Assembly (NCBI GenBank): GCA_030390025.1
Contig: CM059432.1
Coordinates: 103,790,001-103,854,000, forward strand
Source: Squalus acanthias
Lineage: Eukaryota
DNA: 64,000 bases
Direction of reading: 5' to 3'
In this document: positions 61,859-64,000 of the stretch, piece by piece
How positions within the stretch are numbered: the first letter of the stretch is position 1
Layout of the letters: every line of letters starts with the position of its first letter
Notes under the pieces: model-generated
What the model saw: the letters and a program-made list of their open reading frames with translations, nothing else
What the model was told of the DNA's origin: nothing
The model's database searches: none
Made by a program: the position numbers and the translations under genes

Positions 61859-64000
61859 TGATCAACACATAAAATGAATATCCAAGTTAGGGTCATGGAG
61901 GCAAAAACCCTGGAATCATTTAAGAAACAGCTGAATACGATGATGCAGGAGAGAGTTTGTAGGGTTTTTTTTGATGGATGAGCTAAGATGGCCTTCTTGA
62001 TCTGCATCTATCTTGTGATCTAATAATTTAGAGAACATCTGTTTTTGTTCAGTTACAGTTCTTAAAAAGTTTATACCAGCTTGTAATGATTAAACTGTTT
62101 CCTAGCTTTTTTGTAACAAAATAGGAAACTATCACCATTATCACATAAATATTTTTTATATTTTAGAAAGTTGTTTACTCCTCTTTTATGTCCAATCATG
62201 GCATTTACAATTCCCAGACTGAGAGCATGGATAGGCAATGTGCTCCAAGGCATTGCAGCTTGAGCCAGTCAGCAAGATGTACTCAATAGTTGTCTCCAAC
62301 AATTCACCTTTCTAATCTCCCTCTTTCACCATGAAGAACTATCTCTATTCTGCTCAGTATCTCCCTCCAAATGACTTGGCTGACGATTTTCTCTTTTTTC
62401 AGGAATAGTGATTAGTGGGCTCAAACTGGGGTGTCGTGTCCAGATATGTTACACCAGCACATTTCCAAATTAGCACGGATCATTCAGAGACACTCATTCA
62501 ATAAGTCAAATTCCAGGAATTTTAACGGTATTTTGGAAATTACATTTTGCCATACTTTAAAATTAGGGCCATTATTGGTTTATGTTTATAATGCATAAGC
62601 TAATATATGGGCATAAGCCAAAATCCGTTTTTATCACATGGGAACTGAGAATTTTTACCCAGGGATCAAATTCTGAGATTCCATGAAAACTATAAATCAA
62701 TGGCTTTGGCTATAGTTGTAATCATGGACAATACAGGGGATATTTTCCCCTGCGCAACATGTAGCAAAATTATAAATCGGCTTGTTATAAATGTGCTTAT
62801 AATTTTACTACATGCACAAAGGAAGTCTTTCCCCATTATCAGCAATTACAAATACTTTTCTTCTCTTCTGGCCTTCTCCATTCTCTCCTCCTTTTCTCAC
62901 CTTCTCTCCTGAAAACACTAACTCTTGCTAAGATATTGGATCACAGGCACAACAACCCTCTGTTACCTTATTCCAGAGCTCAAGCTTCACACGTTAGCCT
63001 AGACATTGAGCATCGCCAGCCTATTCAATTCTGGGGGTATTAAAGTCGACCAGAGTCTTCACCTGACAAAAATACATGTGCAATTTCCGTGGGATCATAG
63101 ATCTCTCAGGAGCTCTAACTTATTTTCCCCTAACTATTTCCAGGGACACTGAAATCTATTTTTGTACCTCCATTACCATCCCAACTGAGATCAGGTAACT
63201 TAGCATTGGTCAGAGTTTGAATCTGAGACCCATCTGATGTGTATGGCTCAGTACCACACAATACAGAGCATTTACTTCACTGAGCCATCGGGGTTGGGGG
63301 CGGTGGGGGTGGAGGGAAAGAGAAGGTTTGTACCACAGTTTTCTTATATCATTAATGGTTTCATAACATTACTGCTCAGTTCCACAGAGACCTTCCGTAT
63401 TATGGTTATGAGTAATGTACTATTGAAATTACATTTACTAAAGCTTTAAGTTTATGTGAATACAATTGTTAAATCTAGAAAATAGACACAAAAAAGGTTT
63501 CTAAGTCTATTTCCAAAATTTGTGAAAGTCAGCCAAAAATATGAAACAAGCTCACAAACTGTGGCCAAATGTGTTACTGAGCCACACTAACCAAGAAGGT
63601 CCTGAGTTTAATCCCTGGCCACTGCTGAGTCCCGGGTGGTGACAGAGGCACTACAAGCTGGTCTCAGTGCTCCTTACCCGCACCTGGAAAGGAAAACATC
63701 TGCAAGGTTACCACTCTTGATTGGTATCCAGTGACCCAGCTTGAAATTGTGCACATTGACATAGGATTGAGCTTGTTTGTGAGGCCCTACACAGTCATAT
63801 AGCCTGCCAAAATTCACAGACCAGGCTCGCACATGATGAATAGCACATGCAGAAAGTACCAGAGAAACTATATGCCAGTTTGCCTTACTGTCATCAGGAA
63901 AGGAGGGAGAACAAAAATTGGATGGAAATGAAAAATAATTTTACTAATTGATAAATGAGCAGTTTTAATTTACACTTAACTTCTATTTAGTTTAATTATT

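Overview
Eukaryotic, almost entirely transposon-derived 64 kb, probably intronic or intergenic DNA of a cartilaginous fish (inferred from SacSINE1/Deu-type SINEs and shark-type CR1, L2 and Penelope repeats). The dominant component is a multi-family radiation of PIF/Harbinger DNA transposons. It includes one element with an intact ~418-aa DDE transposase ORF facing a spliced 3-exon Myb/SANT partner gene (24075-27933), several decayed or internally deleted relatives, and many MITEs. Several of these are stacked at one-repeat-unit intervals in the (ATAGAGTC)n tail of a single CR1 (19046-24074). Also present: four minimal hammerhead-ribozyme motifs in Penelope-like termini, two long solo LTRs that share a CCAC-type target, an RTE LINE flanked by a 163-bp duplication, a Tc1/mariner-type MITE, and CR1/L2-group LINE fragments. 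No host gene was identified with confidence; a few weak exon candidates are listed. Coordinates were read by eye. TSD/TIR boundaries are usually exact, while ends of decayed repeats are approximate.
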